Part shown: positions 9,676 to 18,813 of the stretch, in pieces
Layout of the letters: the number at the start of each line of letters is the position of its first letter
Numbering within the stretch: the first letter of the stretch is position 1
Source: a virus
Virus record (IMG/VR): IMGVR_UViG_3300045988_175656
Length of the DNA: 64,000 nucleotides
Direction: 5' to 3' (one strand)
Position numbers and translations under genes: made by a program
Notes under the pieces: model-generated
What the model was told of the DNA's origin: nothing
What the model saw: only the letters and a program-made list of their open reading frames with translations
The model's database searches: none

Positions 9676-10086
9676 TTAATTCTCCTTTTTAATTTGATTA
9701 TATACATTAATTACTTGTTTCATTTTTTCAACCATTTTTTCTCTTACTTTGCTGTTTAACGAAAATGAATTTTCGGGTTTGCAAAGATAGTTATAATGTT
9801 TAAACATTTTCTCCACATCTCTTATTTTTTCATCCAAAGCATTGCTTAATATAAATTCTGAAAAAGAAACTACTTCAATTGGTTCTTCATCATAAGAACC
9901 AAAATAATATTCTATATGGTTTCTGTTTTTCACAATTACCACAGGATAACCAATCTCTTTAGATGAAACATTTATTTCATTTATTAATCCTTTCATATTT
10001 GGATTAATAAGATTTCCTTTTGCTTCATTAAAATGATTGAGGATTATTTCAACCTCTTTTAAATTGTTACATTCAATACCTAACAT
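9676..10086 (-). CDS. hypothetical protein
   Basis: ORF track, 136 aa. Confidence 0.7.
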   Translation of the reverse strand: MLGIECNNLKEVEIILNHFNEAKGNLINPNMKGLINEINVSSKEIGYPVVIVKNRNHIEYYFGSYDEEPIEVVSFSEFILSNALDEKIRDVEKMFKHYNYLCKPENSFSLNSKVREKMVEKMKQVINVYNQIKKEN

Positions 10087-10192
10087 ATCATTTAAATTTT
10101 AAAGTTTATACTTTCTTTATTTTAGTACTGCAAAGATAAAAAGAATATTTTATTTCACCAAATAATTTGAGTTAATAAAAGTTAAAGAACTT

Positions 10193-10639
10193 CTATATCT
10201 CACAAAAACTTCTATATCCTACAATTCCACCACAAATAGGCAAAATTAATGATGTAATTACAATTAAGGTTATTGATATATAAGGGTATTTCCAATCTTT
10301 AATCTCTTTATCAATATCTAATATAGGTGAAAAAAATAGCATATCAAAAAGAATACCAATAATAATACCAAGCAAAGTAAAAAACAAAAATTCATAGATA
10401 AAACAACATATAACGAATATTAACACACAAATTGTTATTATAATTGTTTTCCAATGAAATTTGAGGTATTGAATCAAACTATTTTTAAAATCTATAAGAG
10501 ATGGTAAAATACCACAGAATACATCTTTAATGATGTTAAGAACATCAGTAAGCAGACCTTTAAAGTATTTAAACACATATATGCCAATTATGTTAAATAT
10601 TGCAAATACAATATAACCAATAGTTTTTTCTCTTTTCAT
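10193..10639 (-). CDS. integral membrane protein
   Basis: About 4 hydrophobic helices along the 148-aa protein. Confidence 0.65.
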   Translation of the reverse strand: MKREKTIGYIVFAIFNIIGIYVFKYFKGLLTDVLNIIKDVFCGILPSLIDFKNSLIQYLKFHWKTIIITICVLIFVICCFIYEFLFFTLLGIIIGILFDMLFFSPILDIDKEIKDWKYPYISITLIVITSLILPICGGIVGYRSFCEI

Positions 10640-10640
10640 A

Positions 10641-10958
10641 TTATCTATTGTAATAATCTTCTCTTCCTTTTAGAAAAGTCTTTAATAAAGAAGTGTTATT
10701 TTTTGTTAAATGAATATAAACCAATTTTCGGTTTTTACATTCGTCAATTTTCCCTTGTTTATCTGAAAAGGGTATGAATACAGTTGTTAACAAATTCAAA
10801 CAACCCTTTTCTGAGTTAAAAACCGCTTCAACATTTTTAATTACTTCATTAGTTGAATATTCAATTTTCAAATCTGTTATTGTGCCATCATCTAATATAT
10901 TAGTTACATCAAATGTAGCTTTACAATAGTTACCATTAAACATAAATGTTTGAATCAT
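10641..10958 (-). CDS. hypothetical protein
   Basis: ORF track. Confidence 0.65.
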   Translation of the reverse strand: MIQTFMFNGNYCKATFDVTNILDDGTITDLKIEYSTNEVIKNVEAVFNSEKGCLNLLTTVFIPFSDKQGKIDECKNRKLVYIHLTKNNTSLLKTFLKGREDYYNR

Positions 10959-11026
10959 ATTATTTCTTCTTTTATTTGTTCAGTACAAAGGTAGGTATTT
11001 TGCTTATACCTACCAAATATTTTATG

Positions 11027-11662
11027 TTAAACAATACTAATAACTCCATTAATATGTTCTACTTCAATTAATTTGTAATTATCAATTGAATCATAATCTT
11101 TAACAATGGCTTCAATTTCAGTCTTAATTGGCTCACCTCTAAATATAGCAGCACTTTTTACATTAAATCTAAAATTCCATGCTAAAAAATTACAAAGTCT
11201 TTCTTCCCAAACACTATATTTTTGGTATAACATTTGTCGCATTCCTTTACCATAGCCATTACTATTTTCATAGTAATATGTATTAGTAGGTAAATGACAT
11301 AAAACATATTGTTTAGCACATTTTAAAGCCATCAGTTGCTTTTCTTTAACCAAATCAATATCTTCATCTATTACATGATTATGTTGCTTAAAATCGCTTA
11401 TAAACGCTTCAATTCCATCATAAGACATGCTGTAAAAATATTTACCATTTTTAACACTTCTGACAATCTTTTGTCGTGGCAGGAAATTATACATTTCATA
11501 GTTAAATCCGTGGTCTGATAATCTAATAATATCGGGCACTTGGGTTATATGAATGTAAAAAGAATTTGTTGAAACAGATTCTTGTACACTTCCAAAATAA
11601 CCAATATCATATAATCTTACAACAATACTTTGAGCATATTCATTAATTTCCTTTCTTTTCAT
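11027..11662 (-). CDS. hypothetical protein
   Basis: ORF track, 211 aa. Its N-terminal STNSFYIHI...IIRLSDH motif recurs in 18274..18813. Confidence 0.7.
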   Translation of the reverse strand: MKRKEINEYAQSIVVRLYDIGYFGSVQESVSTNSFYIHITQVPDIIRLSDHGFNYEMYNFLPRQKIVRSVKNGKYFYSMSYDGIEAFISDFKQHNHVIDEDIDLVKEKQLMALKCAKQYVLCHLPTNTYYYENSNGYGKGMRQMLYQKYSVWEERLCNFLAWNFRFNVKSAAIFRGEPIKTEIEAIVKDYDSIDNYKLIEVEHINGVISIV

Positions 11663-11670
11663 TATTTAAC

Positions 11671-11931
11671 TTATTTTGATTCAATTAATTTCATTAATTC
11701 AGCTTTTTTAATCTCGCCTTCAAAAGCATTCATCACTTTTTTAATGGCATAATCAGATAAATCATACATATCTTTTAAATGTTTTTTAAACCATTTAGTA
11801 AATGTTATTCTATTATTCACATTTTTTTGATAATCAATAAATTCATATTTTAAAGAAACCCAATTCCAACCACCATTAATAACAATTGAAGTGATAAAAT
11901 CATTTACATTTGTATATTCTTTTTTTCTCAT
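11671..11931 (-). CDS. hypothetical protein
   Basis: ORF track. Confidence 0.65.
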   Translation of the reverse strand: MRKKEYTNVNDFITSIVINGGWNWVSLKYEFIDYQKNVNNRITFTKWFKKHLKDMYDLSDYAIKKVMNAFEGEIKKAELMKLIESK

Positions 11932-11932
11932 A

Positions 11933-12790
11933 TTAAATTTGCTTTGAAATTTCCTTTACATAATCAATGTGTTCTTGGCTCATAATTTTGCCAGTAAAAT
12001 TTACCATCAAAAAAGTTTCAATTACATCTTCATCTGTTGCACTTTCCCCCAATGAAGCATAGGAGATTACATCACTATTTAAAAATTTATGTTGTGCTTT
12101 ATTAGAAAGGTCAGAATAGTAGTTACCATGTAAATCGGGGAATTTATCGTTAACAAAATCCAATAAAGCCCCAATTCTTTGTTTGCCATCCACAACATCA
12201 CGAAATGCAACCTCTTTGTTCCCTTTATTTAATTCAGATATAATATAGTTATACCCTCTATCACGTAAAACAATTTTACCACAATTAATTCCATTGTAGA
12301 TTGATTCAATCAACAATTGTTTATCTTTCAATTCCCACACAAAATCTCTTTGATAGTAATTTTTTTTACCATTTTTATCAATTACATAAGGATTAAAATT
12401 TAATTCATCAACATCTACTTCCCCTAATTTTGTTTGATATTTTCTTTCCCTTTTATCCCAACCACATCTATATAAAATAGAATCAAGTCCAAATTGAGAA
12501 GTGGTTAATTTTCCCCACCAAGATTTTTCGGGAAAAGGGTTTGCGCCTATATCATATACACTTTTTTTAATAATTTCAGATTTATCAATAGTAACAACTT
12601 CATTTCCATAATAAGAACTATCATCTAACATAAGTTTAATTTTATCTCCAACTACCTCTATAACTTTGCAAAGAACTTTTTTATCTTCACCATAAGTTCT
12701 GAAATGTTTAACAGATACATACACTTCATCATTAACTTGTAATGGTTTTTCATTAAATTCTTTCAACAATTTATCTTTTTTCGCTCCCAT
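11933..12790 (-). CDS. DUF262 (ParB/Srx-fold, GmrSD N-terminal-like) domain protein
   Basis: RDFVWELKDKQLLIESIYNGINCGKIVL ... VVDGKQRIGALLDF matches the DUF262 pattern (FVW..., LI.SI, DGxQR). Confidence 0.65.
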   Translation of the reverse strand: MGAKKDKLLKEFNEKPLQVNDEVYVSVKHFRTYGEDKKVLCKVIEVVGDKIKLMLDDSSYYGNEVVTIDKSEIIKKSVYDIGANPFPEKSWWGKLTTSQFGLDSILYRCGWDKRERKYQTKLGEVDVDELNFNPYVIDKNGKKNYYQRDFVWELKDKQLLIESIYNGINCGKIVLRDRGYNYIISELNKGNKEVAFRDVVDGKQRIGALLDFVNDKFPDLHGNYYSDLSNKAQHKFLNSDVISYASLGESATDEDVIETFLMVNFTGKIMSQEHIDYVKEISKQI

Positions 12791-12791
12791 A

Positions 12792-13265
12792 TTAATTTAA
12801 TTTTTCTTTATATTCTTTAATAAATTCTTTAAAAATCAATTCAGCTTTATATTTTGCTCTGTTGGCAAATTCAAAATTCAAATCACTAAACATCATAGGA
12901 TGATAATGTTTTGTTTTAACTTTCTTTTCAGTAAAAGATAATAAAATATGTTTAATAACAAACTTTGCTTTTTTAGATAAATCTTTAGCATCTTCATTAT
13001 TTTTAGCAATAAGAGAGTATGAACCATCTTCGTTTTTAGTCAAAATAAAATATTCATATAACTTATTTTTAATACGACTAATAATCCGATTAAGTAGTTC
13101 ATTTTCATAATCTTTTTCTGTTTGAAATTCAATTTTTTCACCACAGATAGGGCAAAAATCAAAATGACTTCGTATTACATATTCGTTACAATAAGGACAC
13201 ATATAAAAATCATCGTATATTTCATTAGTAATATAACTACTATGGTATTTAATTATTCTCTTCAT
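12792..13265 (-). CDS. Zn-ribbon protein
   Basis: CPYCNEYV...CPICGEKI near the N-terminus. Confidence 0.65.
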   Translation of the reverse strand: MKRIIKYHSSYITNEIYDDFYMCPYCNEYVIRSHFDFCPICGEKIEFQTEKDYENELLNRIISRIKNKLYEYFILTKNEDGSYSLIAKNNEDAKDLSKKAKFVIKHILLSFTEKKVKTKHYHPMMFSDLNFEFANRAKYKAELIFKEFIKEYKEKLN

Positions 13266-13336
13266 GTTTACACCTCTTTTACTATTTTAGTAATACAAAA
13301 ATACAACAAAAAAACGAAACGGTCAAACAATTTGTG

Positions 13337-13978
13337 TTAAAAAATGTTATCTTCAATAGATACTCTCACATTAGCACTTTCAAAATATACTCCATACGGA
13401 TGAACATAGGTCACAGGTATATTATGTTCTTTCAAAAATGACATTGTTTTTGTTTGCAATTCTGAATAGTTTTGATTCTTAAAAAATTCAATGGTAAAAG
13501 CGTGTGAACGGGTAGTTAAGTTAATATCTTTACATTCAATTTCCACATATTCATTAGTTGGAATATGAACAATTTTAAGTAAATAGTTGTTTAATTTTTG
13601 TTCAAATTCATCTAAATATTCATCCCATTTATAAGAAAGAATAGTCCAATAGTCATGCCCTTTTTTAGTTGAATTAAAAGGAAAAATCTCCATTAGATTA
13701 TAAATGCTTGATGAAAGTTCTAATAGAACCTTTTTAACATTTTCAACATCATCAGCATTCAAGTTAGAATGTAATCCTATGTTAAATTCTTTAACATATT
13801 CAGAATAGACTCTTTTGGATTTAAGCCATTTAACAAATTCAGCTACAATCATTTGATTATAAGTAAGCCCCTTTTTAGGAATGATATTATAATCAATTAA
13901 CTTTTTTTCAAGTTCTGTAAGAGTAATATTATCAAAATATGAATCAACATTTTCTTTAATTTCTTTTGTAAGTTTCAT
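13337..13978 (-). CDS. hypothetical protein
   Basis: ORF track, 213 aa. Confidence 0.7.
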   Translation of the reverse strand: MKLTKEIKENVDSYFDNITLTELEKKLIDYNIIPKKGLTYNQMIVAEFVKWLKSKRVYSEYVKEFNIGLHSNLNADDVENVKKVLLELSSSIYNLMEIFPFNSTKKGHDYWTILSYKWDEYLDEFEQKLNNYLLKIVHIPTNEYVEIECKDINLTTRSHAFTIEFFKNQNYSELQTKTMSFLKEHNIPVTYVHPYGVYFESANVRVSIEDNIF

Positions 13979-14069
13979 TTTTATTTATCGTTTAATTATT
14001 ATAATGCAAATATAAGAAAAATAACTGAATTAACAAAATATTTTGTGTTAAAAAATAATAACTTTTTCA

Positions 14070-14098
14070 TTTAGTTTACTAATAATTAGTAAACTAAA
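14070..14098 (+). promoter_or_regulatory. 29-nt perfect palindrome in the leader of the MASTFKI gene (copy A)
   Basis: TTTAGTTTACTAAT-A-ATTAGTAAACTAAA, ending 5 nt before the ATG at 14104. A paralogous palindrome lies at 60437-60465. Confidence 0.7.
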
Positions 14099-14103
14099 CA
14101 AAC

Positions 14104-14442
14104 ATGGCAAGCACTTTTAAAATTTATCAACAAGGAAAACAAGTTGAAGAAATCACTATTACTGTTATGGCTTATCAATATTGTCAATTAACAGTAGAAA
14201 TGTCAGAAGATGGCAATACAACATTTAAACAAAATATGTCACAAGGAAGTCAAGAAAGATATATGGTAGCCAAAGATTCTGTTATAAATTATAAAACATT
14301 CCCAATAAATTGTAGTGAAGATGTTATAAGTAATTTCTATGATGATAATGGAAATTTAATTAATTCTTGTTCAATGGGGGTAACATTATATAATATAACA
14401 AAAGGTGTTGATAAATTTATGACTATTGAAATAGGAAGATAA
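14104..14442 (+). CDS. hypothetical protein, MASTFKI N-terminal module (paralog A)
   Basis: The only plus-strand gene inside the minus block. Its N-terminus MASTFKIYQQGK is shared with 60472..60828. A convergent terminator follows. Confidence 0.65.
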   Translation: MASTFKIYQQGKQVEEITITVMAYQYCQLTVEMSEDGNTTFKQNMSQGSQERYMVAKDSVINYKTFPINCSEDVISNFYDDNGNLINSCSMGVTLYNITKGVDKFMTIEIGR

Positions 14443-14446
14443 AAAA

Positions 14447-14470
14447 CATTAAGGGAAAACTCCCTTAATG
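14447..14470. terminator. bidirectional intrinsic terminator
   Basis: CATTAAGGGA-AAAC-TCCCTTAATG, a 10-bp stem flanked by an A-run and T-rich sequence, between convergent genes. Confidence 0.65.
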
Positions 14471-14482
14471 TTATAATTTAAT

Positions 14483-14755
14483 TTATAATGTTTTACGAAA
14501 CCTATCCCAATCATCAGAAATACTACACCAATCAATAGGGATTCTTGGACGAAGAATAGTTTCTTCAGTTGCTAACCAAGTATTATTATCACATTGTAGT
14601 TGAAATGGGTTTTCTTCTATTGGGTTTACTTTTTTTAAATAATCACAAAATTCTTCAACTTTAAAACCATCTTTATAATAAAATATATTTTCTAAAGTAA
14701 GAAAATACCAACTACTTAAACGATTTGCTGCAAGCCAACTTAGAAATTCGTTCAT
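14483..14755 (-). CDS. hypothetical protein
   Basis: ORF track. Confidence 0.65.
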   Translation of the reverse strand: MNEFLSWLAANRLSSWYFLTLENIFYYKDGFKVEEFCDYLKKVNPIEENPFQLQCDNNTWLATEETILRPRIPIDWCSISDDWDRFRKTL

Positions 14756-14756
14756 A

Positions 14757-15185
14757 TTATTTAATTTTTAAAAATTTTTTAACTGTTTTTAAGAACTTTT
14801 TAATAGTGGAAGATTCAGATGATTCAACTAAGGAATGTATTTCTTCATAATCTTTTTCAAGTTGTTCTTGACTTGTTGTTGAAAAATATTCAATAAGCTC
14901 TCCAACCAAAGGACTTAAAATTTTTATTCTCCCCACTTTTAACATTCTTTCAGCATCAGAAGTGTAGAGAGTTTCATCACCAAAATGCTCTCTATCAAGA
15001 GGGACAAAACGAATTTTGTAATTAATATCACTATCATCTTCTCTATATTTTTCAACTTTGAAATAAGTTGAAACTGTTTTATCATTTGAAGAAGTAAGCG
15101 CAATATTCATTGATGGAATAATATAAGAAAGTGGTATTGCTTCCATTTCCACAATCATACCATATTTGAAACTATAATTATTCAT
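14757..15185 (-). CDS. hypothetical protein
   Basis: ORF track. Confidence 0.7.
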   Translation of the reverse strand: MNNYSFKYGMIVEMEAIPLSYIIPSMNIALTSSNDKTVSTYFKVEKYREDDSDINYKIRFVPLDREHFGDETLYTSDAERMLKVGRIKILSPLVGELIEYFSTTSQEQLEKDYEEIHSLVESSESSTIKKFLKTVKKFLKIK

Positions 15186-15804
15186 TTGGAAATTCTTTTA
15201 CAAGTTCAACACTGTTTTTATAGAGGGGTAATGATTTGATAAAATCAAAATCTTTTTTATTTTTAACAAAAATTTTCTTATCAAAATTTGTTTTTGTATA
15301 GATGTATGTATCTGCCTGTCCTAAATCTTCAAGAACATAAAGATTTTCATCTACTTTTTGAACATAATCAAAATCAACATCAGTTCCAACAAATGCAATT
15401 TTATCAACTTCAACATTTTCATCTGCTCTAACATACATGATACCTACTATAATATCATATTTTCTATTAAAAGCTACATAAATATCATTACTGAAACCAT
15501 TTGGGTATAATGGTTCATTCCATGCGTTTTTATCCACAAAAAAAGATGTCACAAAAGGATGTTTGAACATTTCACACTTTACACTATCTTTTGTAAAAAA
15601 AGATAATTTCGGTTTATCATTTAATTCTTCAACCAAAACATAGTCATAAAGATACGCATTTGTCAATATTTCAGTAATGATAATTTTACAATTATCGTCA
15701 AATGGAGCACCATTTTCTGTAAAATATCCTACCCATGAAAGAGAATTAAATTTATCAACAAAGATAGGTAATAATTTTAATTTTTTTACCTTTTGATTCG
15801 GCAT
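15178..15804 (-). CDS. hypothetical protein
   Basis: ORF track, 208 aa. Confidence 0.7.
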   Translation of the reverse strand: MPNQKVKKLKLLPIFVDKFNSLSWVGYFTENGAPFDDNCKIIITEILTNAYLYDYVLVEELNDKPKLSFFTKDSVKCEMFKHPFVTSFFVDKNAWNEPLYPNGFSNDIYVAFNRKYDIIVGIMYVRADENVEVDKIAFVGTDVDFDYVQKVDENLYVLEDLGQADTYIYTKTNFDKKIFVKNKKDFDFIKSLPLYKNSVELVKEFPNE

Positions 15805-15889
15805 AACTTGTTAAAATATATGCAAAATCATCATTACTCATTCTGTTTAAAACACTTGTAAAATCGTCATAATGTTTAATTTCATTCAT
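15755..15889 (-). CDS. possible 44-aa micro-protein
   Basis: Unlisted ORF MNEIKHYDDFTSVLNRMSNDDFAYILTSYAESKGKKIKIITYLC, preceded by GAAAGGAGAAATAAAA-ATG. It overlaps the start of 15178..15804. Confidence 0.35.
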   Translation of the reverse strand: MNEIKHYDDFTSVLNRMSNDDFAYILTSYAESKGKKIKIITYLC

Positions 15890-15905
15890 TTTTATTTCTC
15901 CTTTC

Positions 15906-16181
15906 TTAAATATTATTAAAAACTTCAATTACTGAATTATATAAATTATTGTTTAAATCTCTACATTGCCATTGTCCTAAATCACATTCAAGATGATTAA
16001 AACCATCACATTGTTCTATGAAATGATAAGTTGTTTCCTCAATAACATCTATTACACAATCATTATCATGTTCAGTTGTTTCAAAATCTTCCTTTGTGAA
16101 CCCAATTGTTTTAAGACTTTTTACTATATCATTTAATAAATGATTGTAATGTTCTTCACTAATATACTTTGGTATGTTCAT
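15906..16181 (-). CDS. hypothetical acidic protein
   Basis: ORF track; AAAGGAGTTATATT-ATG leader. Confidence 0.65.
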   Translation of the reverse strand: MNIPKYISEEHYNHLLNDIVKSLKTIGFTKEDFETTEHDNDCVIDVIEETTYHFIEQCDGFNHLECDLGQWQCRDLNNNLYNSVIEVFNNI

Positions 16182-16250
16182 AATATAACTCCTTTATTTT
16201 ATTATGTTACAAAGATAAGCATTTTAATTGAATGACACAAATATTATGTG

Positions 16251-16871
16251 TTAAAGAGTATTAATTGATTTATTTTTTAAATGCTGTTTTGCTTTTCTTC
16301 TTCTTTCAGCCATATAAATGTTTAATTTAGCTTCATGTAAACTTTGAAAGTCATAATTATCTAATACTGTTTTAACAGCCAATTTACAATCTAACCAATA
16401 GTTAGCTAAGAAATCAGCAACACAATTATAACGAGTTTGATTGTGACCTTTTACGTGTTTAACATATATTAGATTATCCAAGTAATGTTCACTTTTTTTA
16501 AATGAATAGAATAAACCTTTTAAATTTGGTTCTCTCCGAAAAAGAGATTTACATTTATGTTCAAATTGAAACATTTTATTAATTTCATTCCAATCTGAAT
16601 ATACAACTATTTCTTCATTATGAAATTCACATAAGTTAAAGCATTCAAATAATGCAATAAATTCTAAAATACCATTTTTTAATGACAATTTATCAGCTTT
16701 AAACTCCATTAATGCCAAAATATCCTCTTTGGTGTAACGTTTTGCATAATATTCTTCATTAATTATATTACCTATATAATCATAATGAAGTACAACAATT
16801 CCAACACCACCAATAATATTTGTATTAGGGTTAACATAATTAAATGAAGCATCTACATAAATTTTAACCAT
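16251..16871 (-). CDS. RNase H (RNase HI-like) family protein
   Basis: Catalytic-motif order is IYVDAS (D), NGILEFIAL (E), VVYSDW (D), then VKGHNQTRYNCVADFLA (H...N..AD.LA). Confidence 0.7.
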   Translation of the reverse strand: MVKIYVDASFNYVNPNTNIIGGVGIVVLHYDYIGNIINEEYYAKRYTKEDILALMEFKADKLSLKNGILEFIALFECFNLCEFHNEEIVVYSDWNEINKMFQFEHKCKSLFRREPNLKGLFYSFKKSEHYLDNLIYVKHVKGHNQTRYNCVADFLANYWLDCKLAVKTVLDNYDFQSLHEAKLNIYMAERRRKAKQHLKNKSINTL

Positions 16872-16907
16872 AATATTATAAAAATATAATAATTAAATTA
16901 ATAAATT

Positions 16908-17159
16908 TTAACATATACAAGGACCCCAATAACTAAGTTGTTCTTTTAATTCTTCTAATGTACCAAAAAATAATTGTTCTCCATTAAATGATATATCAAC
17001 TTTTAATATAGTAGATTCATTTTCAGTAGTTGCTTCAATTACACATACTAAATCATCCAATTTAGAATTTTCAGTAAATTCTTGTACAAGAACTAATTTA
17101 GCTTTAGGTTGTTGATTTAACAACATTGATAATAAATTTTCGTTATTTTTCATCATCAA
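16908..17159 (-). CDS. hypothetical protein
   Basis: ORF track. Confidence 0.6.
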   Translation of the reverse strand: MMMKNNENLLSMLLNQQPKAKLVLVQEFTENSKLDDLVCVIEATTENESTILKVDISFNGEQLFFGTLEELKEQLSYWGPCIC

Positions 17160-17367
17160 ACTCTTTAAATTGTTCTACGCACCAATCGCTAAACTGTTCT
17201 ACACACCAATTGTTAAATTTTCTTAAATTTTGCTCATTACTTAATTCTTCTCTCCAAAAATTGATAATGAAACATTCAATAGCATCTTTACAAGCGTCAT
17301 ATTTTCCATTATCAATAAGAAATGCAACTCGTTTTTCAAACTCTACTTTTTTATTTTTAATATCCAT
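17143..17367 (-). CDS. hypothetical protein with internal 8-aa tandem repeat
   Basis: ORF track; contains NNWCVEQFSDWCVEQF, encoded by a 24-nt tandem duplication at 17171-17218. Confidence 0.6.
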   Translation of the reverse strand: MDIKNKKVEFEKRVAFLIDNGKYDACKDAIECFIINFWREELSNEQNLRKFNNWCVEQFSDWCVEQFKEFDDEK

Positions 17368-17379
17368 AATTAATTATTG

Positions 17380-17589
17380 TTAGAATTTAACAACCCAATT
17401 TCTTTTTTCAAAATTTTCTTCACTATCACTTTCTAAGTAATATTCCCAATTCTCTTTAGACACGCATACTACATTCTCTTCATCAAGTATTTCAATGCGC
17501 AAACAAGCAGCTAAACTGAATGTATCTATATCTTTTTTAGAATAAACATCTTTACTAAAAAGAAACACTTTACTATAATTCTTTTCCAT
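17380..17589 (-). CDS. hypothetical protein
   Basis: ORF track. Confidence 0.6.
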   Translation of the reverse strand: MEKNYSKVFLFSKDVYSKKDIDTFSLAACLRIEILDEENVVCVSKENWEYYLESDSEENFEKRNWVVKF

Positions 17590-17654
17590 ATCATTTAATT
17601 TTTAATTATAATGCAAATATAATAGACTTTTTGCTATTTACCAAATATTTTATG

Positions 17655-18200
17655 TTAAACAAGTTTAAAAAGTTCTTCTAACTCCTCACGATTATTCTTA
17701 TAATATTTAAAAAATTCGTCCAAATCAGAATCAAAAAAATCACAATGAAAATTCTTCTTTTTAAGAAACTCATTAAGTTTCTTGTATAACTCACCTTTAC
17801 GATTAGATTTAAATCGGTAATTTGTTTTGATTACAATTCTTTTATTATCAATAACAAAAGAAACATTGTCAAAAATATATATTTTGGTACCAATTTCTTC
17901 GGTCATTTCTTTACTTTTAAAATCTTTAATATATTCCATAGGAATATAAAGTTCCTTTTTGTAAAGGAATATTTCATTTTTAGAAAGATTAATTTTTCGT
18001 CTATTATGACATTCTCCAAACAAAGTGATAGTACCAATACTATTATTTCCACAATCAAACCATCCTCTTTTTGTTTGGAAAATAACACCATCAATACTAT
18101 TGTAAAATAAAATATTTTCCAACTCAACATCATTAACAAAAAGAGGATTATACCATAATTCTTTTTGTATCAACACAGTTAATTTTTCAACATTGCTCAT
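17655..18200 (-). CDS. hypothetical protein
   Basis: Start trimmed to MSNVEKL (ATG 18200), which follows GAAAGGAGAAACAATT. The inner ORF 17903..18139 is an out-of-frame shadow. Confidence 0.7.
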   Translation of the reverse strand: MSNVEKLTVLIQKELWYNPLFVNDVELENILFYNSIDGVIFQTKRGWFDCGNNSIGTITLFGECHNRRKINLSKNEIFLYKKELYIPMEYIKDFKSKEMTEEIGTKIYIFDNVSFVIDNKRIVIKTNYRFKSNRKGELYKKLNEFLKKKNFHCDFFDSDLDEFFKYYKNNREELEELFKLV

Positions 18201-18273
18201 AATTGTTTCTCCTTTCATTTATTATTATACAACAAAGGTAAGCATTCTCAGCTTACCTTGCAAAAAATTAGAG

Positions 18274-18813
18274 TTAAAGAGTATTAAAAGTATCTTCTAT
18301 TTCTTCATCACTCATTGTAGAATTAATTTTTTTAAGTCCTTCAATGAATTTTTCACCTCTAATTTGGTTATTAATGAATAATTTCTTTAAAATACCTTTT
18401 TGGTGTTTACTAAGTGTTTTATACTTGCTTGACGTAATATCAGTACAAGTAACAAAAATTTCCCAATCATCACTATTTACATACTCTTTATATATTTCTT
18501 TGGCTTTTTTCCGCATTTCTGCATTAACAGTATTAAGTTTATACTGCCAATATGTAGAACAAAGAAATGTTTTAAGTTCCTTATAAGTCAAAACAAGCGC
18601 ACTTGAACCATGTTTAACAGTTACAATATAAAACTTTGTGTTCAATGACCGAACAATGCTAATATCACAACTATTAAAATTAGATGGCAAATGATTACTT
18701 ACCCTTATTTTAAATGTGCCAAATGTATAATACACACTATCAGTAGTATTACTATTTGTTATTTCACATTTCTTGTCTAATGTCAAAATATATTTTTTAA
18801 GCCAATCTATCAT
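18274..18813 (-). CDS. hypothetical protein
   Basis: ORF track; TTDSVYYTFGTFKIRVSNH resembles the N-terminal motif of 11027..11662. Confidence 0.7.
   Translation of the reverse strand: MIDWLKKYILTLDKKCEITNSNTTDSVYYTFGTFKIRVSNHLPSNFNSCDISIVRSLNTKFYIVTVKHGSSALVLTYKELKTFLCSTYWQYKLNTVNAEMRKKAKEIYKEYVNSDDWEIFVTCTDITSSKYKTLSKHQKGILKKLFINNQIRGEKFIEGLKKINSTMSDEEIEDTFNTL

Noticed and set aside
15755-15889. Programmed frameshift fusing the 44-aa ORF to 15178..15804 at the GGTAAAAAAATT run.
   Set aside because: The downstream ORF is in the +1 frame relative to the small ORF. The A7 run is not positioned as an X XXY YYZ heptamer in the zero frame. The downstream gene has its own ATG. There is no positive evidence for a frameshift.
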